DNA from: an uncultured Alphaproteobacteria bacterium
Lineage (GTDB): Bacteria > Pseudomonadota > Alphaproteobacteria > Rs-D84
NCBI GenBank assembly: GCA_944390225.1
Contig: CALXPB010000002.1
Span: forward strand, 63,650 to 127,649
Length of the DNA: 64,000 bases
Direction of reading: 5' to 3'
Shown: positions 54,256 to 64,000 of the stretch, one piece after another
Numbering within the stretch: position 1 is the first letter of the stretch
How the letters are laid out: each line of letters opens with the position of its first letter
Program-made: the position numbers and the translations under genes
The notes under the pieces: generated by a model
Databases searched by the model: none
What the model was told of the DNA's origin: nothing
What the model saw: only the letters and a program-made list of their open reading frames with translations

Positions 54256-55893
54256 ATGAATGAAGCAGAAAATGATGTCTTAAATAATCTTCCGCGAGAA
54301 ATGAAACCTTCTATACCAGCAGGTTTAGAAAACGCTGAAAATAAAGACATTATTGATTATTTGTTTTCAAATGGGAATCGCTTGTTAACTGCGACAGGTG
54401 CAGAACAAGAATTGCCGAAAGAAACTCAGAATTTAATTGCGTATTTTTCTGGCGGTGAAATAATCATTTCTCGAACGCATAGGTATGACGGAAGAGTGTT
54501 AGCGTTTTTAGATTTGTTAAAAAAACGTGCTAGACCGATGCGTATACCGTTTTATTCAGATTTGGGACTTGTATCTGGTATTTATAAAGCCTATGAAGGT
54601 CGTTTAGGTGGAATATCAAAATCGCGTCAAGATTATGACAATCAGATGCAGAAGGATTTTGTTGATATTATCGCAAAAGCTGCTGCGCAAAAAGTTTCTG
54701 ATGTCCATATAGAAGTAGCAGACCAAACAACCATTTACTTTCGTATAGACGGCAGTATGCAACCTGTTCTTGAATATAATGCCGGATGGGGAGAATCTTT
54801 TGTTCGCGCTGCGTTTGCATCGTCTGATATGTCTAATGCAAATTATGCTCAGAATGAATACCAGTCGGCTCAGAAAGACGGACGTACACCGTTACGCGGA
54901 ACAAAAGATTTATATTTACCGCGCGGAATATTAAGTATTCGTATGCAGTTTAATCCGATTGCTTTCGGTAGTAGATATGTCGTTATGCGACTGCTTTATG
55001 ACAACCCGTCAGAAGGTATTAAGACAGAGCAAGAATTCGGTGAATATGAACAAAAATTACTTATGCAGTTGCGTTCTTTTCCAACAGGTTTGGTTATCGT
55101 TGCAGGTCCTACAAGTTCTGGTAAGTCTACGACGTTAGTCAGAAATATGTCTTTGATGTTAAAAGAAAGGCACTATGAAATAAATATGATAACTGTGGAA
55201 AATCCTGTTGAGCAAAAAATATTCGGTGCTCATCAGATGCCCGTTGTAAATACGACAAACGAAGAACAGCGCGAAGAAAAATATACAGAAGCCTTGGCGG
55301 CTGCATTAAGAAGTGACCCTGATACTCTTATGGTAGGTGAAATTCGTACTTTGGCGGCGGCGCAGTTAACAGTTCGTGGTGCTTTGTCGGGACATAACGT
55401 ATGGACTACTTTGCATGCAAATTCTGCAATGGCGGCACTGACGCGTTTATTAGACTTGGGAATAGAATCCTTTAAGTTAAAAGAAGAAACTTTGATGCGC
55501 GGTCTGATTTCTATGAGACTGTTTAAAAAAGTTTGCCCGTATTGCCGTGAAAGATTGATCGATCATCCTGAAAACACTGCTTATCAAAGGGTAAAAGACG
55601 CTTTCGGTGATTTGGGCTTGCGACAGGTTTATATTCGTGGGGCAGGTTGTGAAGAATGTAAAGGTACAGGGACTTTGGGACGAATAAAAGCAGGTGAAAT
55701 TATAATAACAAATAGTGAATTTTTACGTCTTGCACTGGCAGGAAATACAGACGGTGCTATTCGGTACTGGTTAGAGGAAATGGACGGAAGGACCTTAAAA
55801 GAAGCGGCTATGTCTTTAATGCTGCAGGGTACCATAGGTGTCGATGAATTGGAACGTTGGGTTGGTTTGTTAGATAGGCCGGGGGTATATTAA
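54256..55893 (+). CDS. GspE/PilB-family secretion/pilus assembly ATPase
   Basis: Walker A GPTSSGKST, Walker B/Asp box DPDTLMVGEIRT, His box GHNVWTTLHAN, and the tetracysteine motif CPYC...CEECKGTG. Confidence 0.85.
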   Translation: MNEAENDVLNNLPREMKPSIPAGLENAENKDIIDYLFSNGNRLLTATGAEQELPKETQNLIAYFSGGEIIISRTHRYDGRVLAFLDLLKKRARPMRIPFYSDLGLVSGIYKAYEGRLGGISKSRQDYDNQMQKDFVDIIAKAAAQKVSDVHIEVADQTTIYFRIDGSMQPVLEYNAGWGESFVRAAFASSDMSNANYAQNEYQSAQKDGRTPLRGTKDLYLPRGILSIRMQFNPIAFGSRYVVMRLLYDNPSEGIKTEQEFGEYEQKLLMQLRSFPTGLVIVAGPTSSGKSTTLVRNMSLMLKERHYEINMITVENPVEQKIFGAHQMPVVNTTNEEQREEKYTEALAAALRSDPDTLMVGEIRTLAAAQLTVRGALSGHNVWTTLHANSAMAALTRLLDLGIESFKLKEETLMRGLISMRLFKKVCPYCRERLIDHPENTAYQRVKDAFGDLGLRQVYIRGAGCEECKGTGTLGRIKAGEIIITNSEFLRLALAGNTDGAIRYWLEEMDGRTLKEAAMSLMLQGTIGVDELERWVGLLDRPGVY

Positions 55894-55894
55894 T

Positions 55895-56965
55895 ATGAAT
55901 AAACTGGAATTGCTTTATGCAAAAATGGTATTCAAATTAAATACCGAAAAAAGAATGGCTCTTGCCAGAAAATTGGCTTCTTTGTTGCGAAACGATTTTA
56001 CGTTGATGGATGCTTTGAACCGTTTGGAAATGATAGAGTCCCAAAACGGTAAAAAACCTAATGAACCATTTTCCATAGTTATGAGAGAGTGGCAGAAAAA
56101 CCTTGAACGCGGTATGAGTTTTTCTGACGCAACGCGCGGTTGGGTACCACCAGAAGAAACTTTATTGGTAACGTCCGGTAATTTATCGGATTTGGTTGTC
56201 GCGTTGGAAAACGTTAGTAGGGTAGTTGAAGGTACTCAACGTATGAAACGAGCAATGAATAGTGCTATTTTGTACCCTTTATTTTTGCTTGCACTGACAT
56301 TCGGCATCATTATTTTGGTTGGTATTTATCTGGTTCCTCCGTTGGCAGAAATCGCAGGCGATAATATGGTGTGGACTGGTATGGCCGCGTCTTTAATCTG
56401 GTTGTCAGACTTTTCTATTAAATATTGGTTCATAATAGTATTTGTGTTCTTTTTCGCCATAGCAATTATATGGGTAAGTCTGCCAAATTGGTCCGGACGT
56501 TTACGAGCAAAGTTTGATAAATTACCACCTTGGAACGTTTATAAAATTCAAATGTCGGTCGGTTGGCTGATGAGTTTGTCTTCAATGGTGGCTGCGGGTA
56601 TTACTATACCAGATGCGATGAGAATGTTGGCAGATAATTCTAATAATTATTTGCGTTCTATTTTAGAAGAAACTCTTCATTATATTGCAAATGGTGATAA
56701 TCTGGGAAACGCACTGAATAATACAGGACGAGATTTTCCTAATAAAGAATTAATCGGGGACTTGGCTATTTATGCAGATATGAACGGTTTCGATGAAAAT
56801 TTATCCAGAGTGGCTAACGACTATTTAGATGAGTCAATAAGAAAAATGGATTCAATTTCAAATGCTTTGAACAGCATCGGCATATTATTAGTTTCTGCCA
56901 TCATAGCATGGGTTGTTTTGGGAACGTTTCAAATGCAGGATCAAATTACAGCGGCTTTGTCTTAA
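55895..56965 (+). CDS. GspF/PilC-family inner-membrane platform protein
   Basis: A 356-aa protein with three TM helices and two T2SSF-like cytoplasmic domains. It lies directly downstream of the ATPase. Confidence 0.7.
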   Translation: MNKLELLYAKMVFKLNTEKRMALARKLASLLRNDFTLMDALNRLEMIESQNGKKPNEPFSIVMREWQKNLERGMSFSDATRGWVPPEETLLVTSGNLSDLVVALENVSRVVEGTQRMKRAMNSAILYPLFLLALTFGIIILVGIYLVPPLAEIAGDNMVWTGMAASLIWLSDFSIKYWFIIVFVFFFAIAIIWVSLPNWSGRLRAKFDKLPPWNVYKIQMSVGWLMSLSSMVAAGITIPDAMRMLADNSNNYLRSILEETLHYIANGDNLGNALNNTGRDFPNKELIGDLAIYADMNGFDENLSRVANDYLDESIRKMDSISNALNSIGILLVSAIIAWVVLGTFQMQDQITAALS

Positions 56966-56991
56966 AAAAACGCCCAAACGGGCGTTTTTTT
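56964..56991. terminator. bidirectional terminator (platform gene / RusA-like gene)
   Basis: A-run, ACGCCC, loop AAAC, GGGCGT, T-run. Confidence 0.7.
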
Positions 56992-56999
56992 CCTTGTTT

Positions 57000-57569
57000 T
57001 TATACCATAAACGGTAAATTTTCAAGTGTACCTTCTGCGACGCGTACATTTACATCCAGCAACATAAATATTGTGTCCGGAGTATGAGATATCTCGGGAT
57101 TAAAGATATGCGTTGATAAAAGGTGGCTTGTATTTACAGAAAGTCGAGTAATTAAATGATCGTCATCTAATAGCGTATAAATTGGACCGATATCTCGCGG
57201 TGTATTTTCTCCGATTTCATGCTCGTTCTGTGGGCAACGAAGACCGTCTAAAATAGTTTTTACGCGATTGTCTATATCACTACGTGGAACACCGACAATT
57301 TCTGGATGCATCATTTGTATATCTATTTCTGCAAGTAATTTTAGGTTAGGCGTTATTATCGGATTCCAATCAATTCCACCAACGTGACGCGTTGTTATAG
57401 GGCTTTTAGTTGCATTCGGTATCATGTACTTTGTCATGTTGTCCCACGGTTGATGTTCTAGCAGTTTTTTTAGTTGCGGATGAAACTGCATGCGAATATC
57501 TGAAATATGTTGTGAACGCTTTTTGGGGTTTATTAAAATTTCGCCAAAATACAATAACTTAAATTTCAT
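57000..57569 (-). CDS. RusA-like endodeoxyribonuclease domain protein (enlarged, tentative)
   Basis: RSDIDNRVKTILDGL...LLDDDHLI resembles the RusA D-x-D-N-x2-K-x3-D-x-L and DD..(V/I) motifs. At 189 aa it is longer than the ~120 aa of canonical RusA. Confidence 0.35.
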   Translation of the reverse strand: MKFKLLYFGEILINPKKRSQHISDIRMQFHPQLKKLLEHQPWDNMTKYMIPNATKSPITTRHVGGIDWNPIITPNLKLLAEIDIQMMHPEIVGVPRSDIDNRVKTILDGLRCPQNEHEIGENTPRDIGPIYTLLDDDHLITRLSVNTSHLLSTHIFNPEISHTPDTIFMLLDVNVRVAEGTLENLPFMV

Positions 57570-57659
57570 TTTGTTTACCTTTATTGTTCATATTTCTCAT
57601 TAAAAAAAGCCTATTTTTCCTTGATAATTATAGCATAAATTGCTATTCTCTGTATATAA

Positions 57660-60077
<2,418 letters not shown>

Positions 60078-60092
60078 TAAAAGGAATAGGCA

Positions 60093-60761
60093 ATGCCCAG
60101 AAATCCTTTTTCAGAAGGAATTTATAAATTGAAGGCAAAAAATAAACTTGCAGGGAAGATAATTCCTTTAAGTGGTATGAATGAGGACAATTACCCAGTA
60201 AAAACAAGTATGCTGGGTGTTGTTCCTCAGGGCAAGGTTATTTTGTCTTCTGATGTAGCAGCGTTTTTAGATGTCGTAGATGATACTACTAAAGAAACGG
60301 GACGTGAAATAGCTTTTTTGTTGTTTGGAAAAACACAGGAGCAAGTTGTTTATATAGATAATTATATTGTTAACGGTTTGAGCGATAGTATGAATGCATA
60401 TTTTTCGTCCGCAATTAACTCGGCTTTACAAAATTTTATTAATTCATCTGAAAAAGATGGTACAGATATGGTGGTGCATGGGCATAGTCATCCTAAATTA
60501 GGTAATTATTATAATAATTTCTCATTAGGAGATATGGAAGCATATACAAAATTTCGTGAGGCAAATAATGTATTTAATTCTAATAAAATATGGTTGTCTT
60601 CGTGTTTAGTTGTTGATGGAAATTTTAATTTTTTGTTTTATGATGGAAACGATTATTATAAATTTAATGAGGTTTATGAACAAAAATCAGACGGCAAACT
60701 TAAAAAATTAAAGTGTTATCAAAGTCCAGATATCATTATAAATCGTGATAGGGAATACTGA
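60093..60761 (+). CDS. JAB/MPN(+) metallopeptidase-domain protein
   Basis: The JAMM signature is present: an upstream Glu (ETGREIAFLLFG) and HGHSHPKLGNYYNNFSLGD (H-x-H...S-x-x-D). Confidence 0.6.
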   Translation: MPRNPFSEGIYKLKAKNKLAGKIIPLSGMNEDNYPVKTSMLGVVPQGKVILSSDVAAFLDVVDDTTKETGREIAFLLFGKTQEQVVYIDNYIVNGLSDSMNAYFSSAINSALQNFINSSEKDGTDMVVHGHSHPKLGNYYNNFSLGDMEAYTKFREANNVFNSNKIWLSSCLVVDGNFNFLFYDGNDYYKFNEVYEQKSDGKLKKLKCYQSPDIIINRDREY

Positions 60762-60766
60762 TAAAA

Positions 60767-61414
60767 ATGTTTTCTGCTGATTGGTTTTTTGATTTAGATA
60801 AACGTCTGCGTGATATGGGGCTTGATTCCGATGCGCAGACGTTTGATGAAATAAAACAAAATCTTTCTTGTCCTAAAAAATTTACCCCTGATGAATTTGC
60901 AGAGCAGGCGATATATGTTATCTTGGCAGGTGGTTTTTCACAAAAAACAGCAAAAAAAATTCATAGAAAAATTATGGAGCGTCTTTTCTTAAAAGGTCCT
61001 GATTTTGACAGTCTTTTTGCAATTTTTCATAATAAAAATAAAATAAATGCTGTTTGTAAAATATGGGATAACAGAAAATCTTTTTGTGATAGTTATTATT
61101 CAAAATCGTCAACAGATGAACGTATAAAGTTTTTATCGGAATTACCGCATATAGGAAAAATTACAACAAACCATCTTGCAAGAAATCTGGGTGAAGATGT
61201 TGTTAAATATGATATTTGGATTCAACGTCTAGGAGTGCTATATGCAGGAAATCAAGACTTACAGAAAAAAATAGACAATAAAAAATTAACCACTGAAATA
61301 AAAAATGCTTGTGATAATATGTTTGCCTGTATAGTTAAAGAAACAGGGTTGCCACGTGGTTATATAGATGTTGTCTTGTGGAAAGCATGTCAAAATGGGT
61401 TGATAAAATTATGA
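60767..61414 (+). CDS. helix-hairpin-helix (HhH-GPD-like) protein, possible DNA glycosylase
   Basis: [31 protein letters not shown] parallels the EndoIII pattern LPGVG.KTAN..L...G....VDTHV.R. Confidence 0.4.
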   Translation: MFSADWFFDLDKRLRDMGLDSDAQTFDEIKQNLSCPKKFTPDEFAEQAIYVILAGGFSQKTAKKIHRKIMERLFLKGPDFDSLFAIFHNKNKINAVCKIWDNRKSFCDSYYSKSSTDERIKFLSELPHIGKITTNHLARNLGEDVVKYDIWIQRLGVLYAGNQDLQKKIDNKKLTTEIKNACDNMFACIVKETGLPRGYIDVVLWKACQNGLIKL

Positions 61415-62073
61415 ATGTAAAAATAGAAGAATCTTGGAAGACGGCGTTAACCGATGAGTTTAATAAAGAATACTTTATTAAATTAACGGATTTTGTACGC
61501 GGGGAATATCTGTCGGGCAAAGCGGTTTATCCCGCGCCTGCAAATATTTTTAATGCCTTTAACTTATGCCCACTAGATAAAGTAAAGGTTGTTATAATAG
61601 GACAAGACCCTTATCATGAACCAGGTCAAGCCCATGGACTTTGTTTTTCTGTCCTGCCACCAACACCAATTCCTCCATCACTGGTAAACATATATAAAGA
61701 AATAGAAAGCGATCTTGGAAGACCGAGTAAAACGCACGGTGATTTGACCAGTTGGGCCGAGCAGGGCGTGTTGCTATTAAATGCAACCTTAACTGTTCAA
61801 GCACACTTGGCGGCATCGCATGCAGGCAAAGGGTGGGAGCAATTTACAGATGCAGTTATACGTGCTGTCGCAAAGCAGGAAAATATAGTTTATATGTTAT
61901 GGGGTGCATATGCGCAGAGAAAAGCGGAATTTGTTAACCCCGAAAAAAATCTTATATTAAAAAGCGTGCATCCATCACCGCTTTCGGCAAGTCGAGGTTT
62001 CTTTGGAAATCATCATTTTTCTCGTGCAAATGAATATTTAACAGAACATGGGAAAATACCGATTGATTGGTAA
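61411..62073 (+). CDS. ung: uracil-DNA glycosylase (family 1)
   Basis: Motifs [18 protein letters not shown] and [14 protein letters not shown]. The ATG at 61411 overlaps the upstream stop (ATGA). Confidence 0.9.
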   Translation: MNVKIEESWKTALTDEFNKEYFIKLTDFVRGEYLSGKAVYPAPANIFNAFNLCPLDKVKVVIIGQDPYHEPGQAHGLCFSVLPPTPIPPSLVNIYKEIESDLGRPSKTHGDLTSWAEQGVLLLNATLTVQAHLAASHAGKGWEQFTDAVIRAVAKQENIVYMLWGAYAQRKAEFVNPEKNLILKSVHPSPLSASRGFFGNHHFSRANEYLTEHGKIPIDW

Positions 62074-62074
62074 T

Positions 62075-62101
62075 AAAAAATCCGGTATTTACCGGATTTT
62101 T
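62075..62101. terminator. bidirectional terminator (ung / PagL-like gene)
   Basis: A-run, ATCCGG, loop TATTTA, CCGGAT, T-run. Confidence 0.65.
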
Positions 62102-62102
62102 A

Positions 62103-62657
62103 TTAAAAATTATATGTCATTCCTATCCCGTAAAATGCGTAAGAATTGTTTTCTATCGCAGTATTCGCATTCGAAAAATGCTGTATAAATAGTTCCAATC
62201 CAACTGTGTCTGTTATTCTATATCCACCAATCAATTTAAATTGAAATAAAAGTTTGGAACCAATTCGCTCATTTTGTTGCGCTTGTAATCCCATGCCGAT
62301 ACCAGTAGAAAAATACCAATTGTCGCCATGTAGTAAAGCAATATCCTCAGATAAGAAAATCATAGGAATAGTAAATTTGTCCCAATCCCAACCATAACCC
62401 CGTCCAAATCCGAGTGTTTGACCTATGTTTATGGATTGACGTGCGGGCAATTTAAAAAAAGTAGTCGGTTGCGAGTATTGTAAGTGCAATAAATAAAATG
62501 GTACAAATTGTACAGGTGGTGGAATTATGAAACCGCTGTTTACACCTTGTCCCAAGTTAACTGCTACCTGATTTTTGTAATCACCCATAAACGGGTTATA
62601 CCCTTGGGCATAAACAGGTAATAATATTAGCGAAAGAAATAAAAAAAACTTTTTCAT
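62103..62657 (-). CDS. outer-membrane acyloxyacyl hydrolase (lipid A 3-O-deacylase PagL-like)
   Basis: Signal peptide starting from the ATG at 62657 (MKKFFLFLSLILLPVYAQG). C-terminal HFSNANTAIENNSYAFYGIGMTYNF fits the PagL H-x-S-N catalytic motif, and the protein ends in Phe. Confidence 0.55.
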   Translation of the reverse strand: MKKFFLFLSLILLPVYAQGYNPFMGDYKNQVAVNLGQGVNSGFIIPPPVQFVPFYLLHLQYSQPTTFFKLPARQSINIGQTLGFGRGYGWDWDKFTIPMIFLSEDIALLHGDNWYFSTGIGMGLQAQQNERIGSKLLFQFKLIGGYRITDTVGLELFIQHFSNANTAIENNSYAFYGIGMTYNF

Positions 62658-62729
62658 GTTAGAAATATAGAATATGAATACTATAATTTCAATAGGTTTT
62701 ATTAAACTTTTTAACAAACAATAAAATCG

Positions 62730-63665
62730 TTAGAAAAGTTTCGTTTGTTTTGCAACATCCCACCATAACTCAGAAAAAACGGGGCGATTTTTTTCTTCGT
62801 GCCAAGGTTTCATCCAATTAGAGTAGTGTAAAACAACAAGATTATATTTTAAATCATGTATTTCTTGATCTGTGTGAACCTTGAAAATCCAAGATCCCAT
62901 CATAGGTTGAAAATTATATTTCAGTGGTAAGTAGATTATTCGCCCACGACATGTGTAATTTAATAAATCTTGGTCTGGATTTTTATATTTCTTCTTTTGT
63001 GATACTTGTACCCATTTTTGATATATTTTTTCTTTTCGTATAATATCAAGATTCATAACCAGAAAACCAGAATTTATATACCCGTTTTTATAATCTTTTA
63101 CACCGGCAAATATATTTTTTCCCATATTTATATTATAGACGTCAATTAAAGGCTTCCTGAAAATTATATCTATATCTGCATATATTATTTTTTTTATTTT
63201 GGGTAATAGGTTAGGCAACATTAAACGCCAAAATACAGAAACTGGCCATTTTGCCCTGAATGATTTGTTAAAATCTGTATTTGCTTGTAAAAAAACAATT
63301 TTTGATTTTGTGCCTATAACTAAATTATTAATTGTTTTTTTATGTTTGTCCGGGAATTTTTTATCAATTACACAATATATGTTATAATCACATTTGTTTT
63401 CAGATACTTTCAATAAAGACTTAATTGATACTGCCGCCAGTTTGTGACCTTTTTCATCAAAGCAAAAAGCAACATTTATTTTATCTTTTAATTTTTCTTT
63501 TGGGAAATCACTTTCTATTTCATAGGAAATTATATTTTTAAATCTTATTTTATCTCTAATTTTTCTGCGCGAGGTACGGCTGCGCCCAAATAGAGAAGCA
63601 ACAGTGGCGATAAATTCTTTGACTTTCCAGTTAGAAAACATTTGTTCTCCTAATTTTTTTTTCAT
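62730..63665 (-). CDS. family 8 glycosyltransferase (LPS/LOS core hexosyltransferase-like)
   Basis: DxD motif in IIYADIDIIF, plus NSGFLVMNL. An alternative in-frame start MFSNWK lies 9 codons in. Confidence 0.7.
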   Translation of the reverse strand: MKKKLGEQMFSNWKVKEFIATVASLFGRSRTSRRKIRDKIRFKNIISYEIESDFPKEKLKDKINVAFCFDEKGHKLAAVSIKSLLKVSENKCDYNIYCVIDKKFPDKHKKTINNLVIGTKSKIVFLQANTDFNKSFRAKWPVSVFWRLMLPNLLPKIKKIIYADIDIIFRKPLIDVYNINMGKNIFAGVKDYKNGYINSGFLVMNLDIIRKEKIYQKWVQVSQKKKYKNPDQDLLNYTCRGRIIYLPLKYNFQPMMGSWIFKVHTDQEIHDLKYNLVVLHYSNWMKPWHEEKNRPVFSELWWDVAKQTKLF

Positions 63666-63753
63666 TATAATATATTTATGACATTTTTCCCATAAAAAGC
63701 AAAATAATTTGTCGCTTGATTTTATGTTTTTCTTTGTTATAATGCGTGCCGTT

Positions 63754-63830
63754 GGCGGGATAGCTCAGGTGGTTAGAGCAGTGGAATCATAATCCACGTG
63801 TCGGGGGTTCAAGTCCCTCTCCCGCTACCA
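63754..63830 (+). tRNA. tRNA with anticodon CAT (elongator Met or lysidine-modified Ile2)
   Basis: GGCGGGATAGCTCAGGTGGTTAGAGCAGTGGAATCATAATCCACGTGTCGGGGGTTCAAGTCCCTCTCCCGCTACCA. The body is closer to E. coli ileX than to metT by eye, but this is undecided. Confidence 0.85.
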
Positions 63831-63836
63831 AAAATT

Positions 63837-63866
63837 AAATCGGGTCACGCCCGATTTTATTTTTGG
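63837..63866 (+). terminator. intrinsic terminator after the tRNA-CAT
   Basis: AAATCGGG, 5-nt loop, CCCGATTT, then a T-rich run. Confidence 0.65.
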
Positions 63867-63978
63867 TATTTGTGTATAAAAGGGCTTTTGTCCAATAAAT
63901 ACAAATCAGCCAGTGCCCGATTTTGTTTTTTATTGTATTTGATGTTTTGTGTATTTATAATTCATTTGGCAGGTGAAC

Positions 63979-64000
63979 ATGACGAATAAAAAAATTTCAA
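63979..64000 (+). CDS. start of an unidentified gene running off the right edge
   Basis: AGGTGA SD 3 nt before the ATG at 63979 (MTNKKIS...). Only 7 codons are visible. Confidence 0.3.

Noticed and set aside
63837-63935. Near-duplicate of the tRNA-CAT terminator 3' half (GCCCGATTTTATTTTT at 63849 versus GCCCGATTTTGTTTTT at 63915)
   Set aside because: Only about 17 nt with one mismatch, in a T-rich context. It is too short to tell a duplication scar from chance.

Overview
This is an AT-rich (about one-third GC by eye) Gram-negative chromosomal segment that uses the standard genetic code. Most of it is housekeeping: accBC, yidD-rnpA, mreB, metG, queH, fabDG, mnmG, ileS, nth, pheST, rplT-rpmI, mreCD-mrdA-rodA, topA, dnaG, ychF, lpxK-lpxC, gyrB and ung. 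There are also 4 intact tRNAs and an unlisted 44-aa rpmJ. Several traits look alphaproteobacterium-like: the SspB tail, DUF374 next to lpxK, and a type-B L36. I cannot confirm taxonomy without a search.

Accessory islets sit between the core blocks:
- 4.0-6.8 kb: a small XRE-type HTH gene preceded by five tandem ~240-bp units. Each unit carries a near-consensus promoter, a ~170-nt structured RNA with covarying helices, and an intrinsic terminator, all on the minus strand. A 15-aa-repeat protein and a half-duplicated tRNA-Val lie next to it.
- 13.0-14.9 kb: a paralogous small-protein cluster beside tRNA-Thr.
- 33.4-48.5 kb: an orphan virB3-virB4 pair followed by surface-protein genes. These include a 1757-aa BspA-like repeat protein with long, perfectly identical internal DNA repeats, and a 1056-aa membrane-inserting protein.
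- 48.65-48.93 kb: a tRNA-fMet 3'-end duplication scar.
- 52.3-57.0 kb: a partial type-IVb-pilus-like module with no pilin, secretin or peptidase.
- 60.1-62.1 kb: a JAB peptidase, HhH protein and ung operon behind gyrB.

The tandem sRNA/attenuator array upstream of the HTH gene is the strongest candidate for something new. No transposase, integrase, CRISPR array or cas gene was seen.
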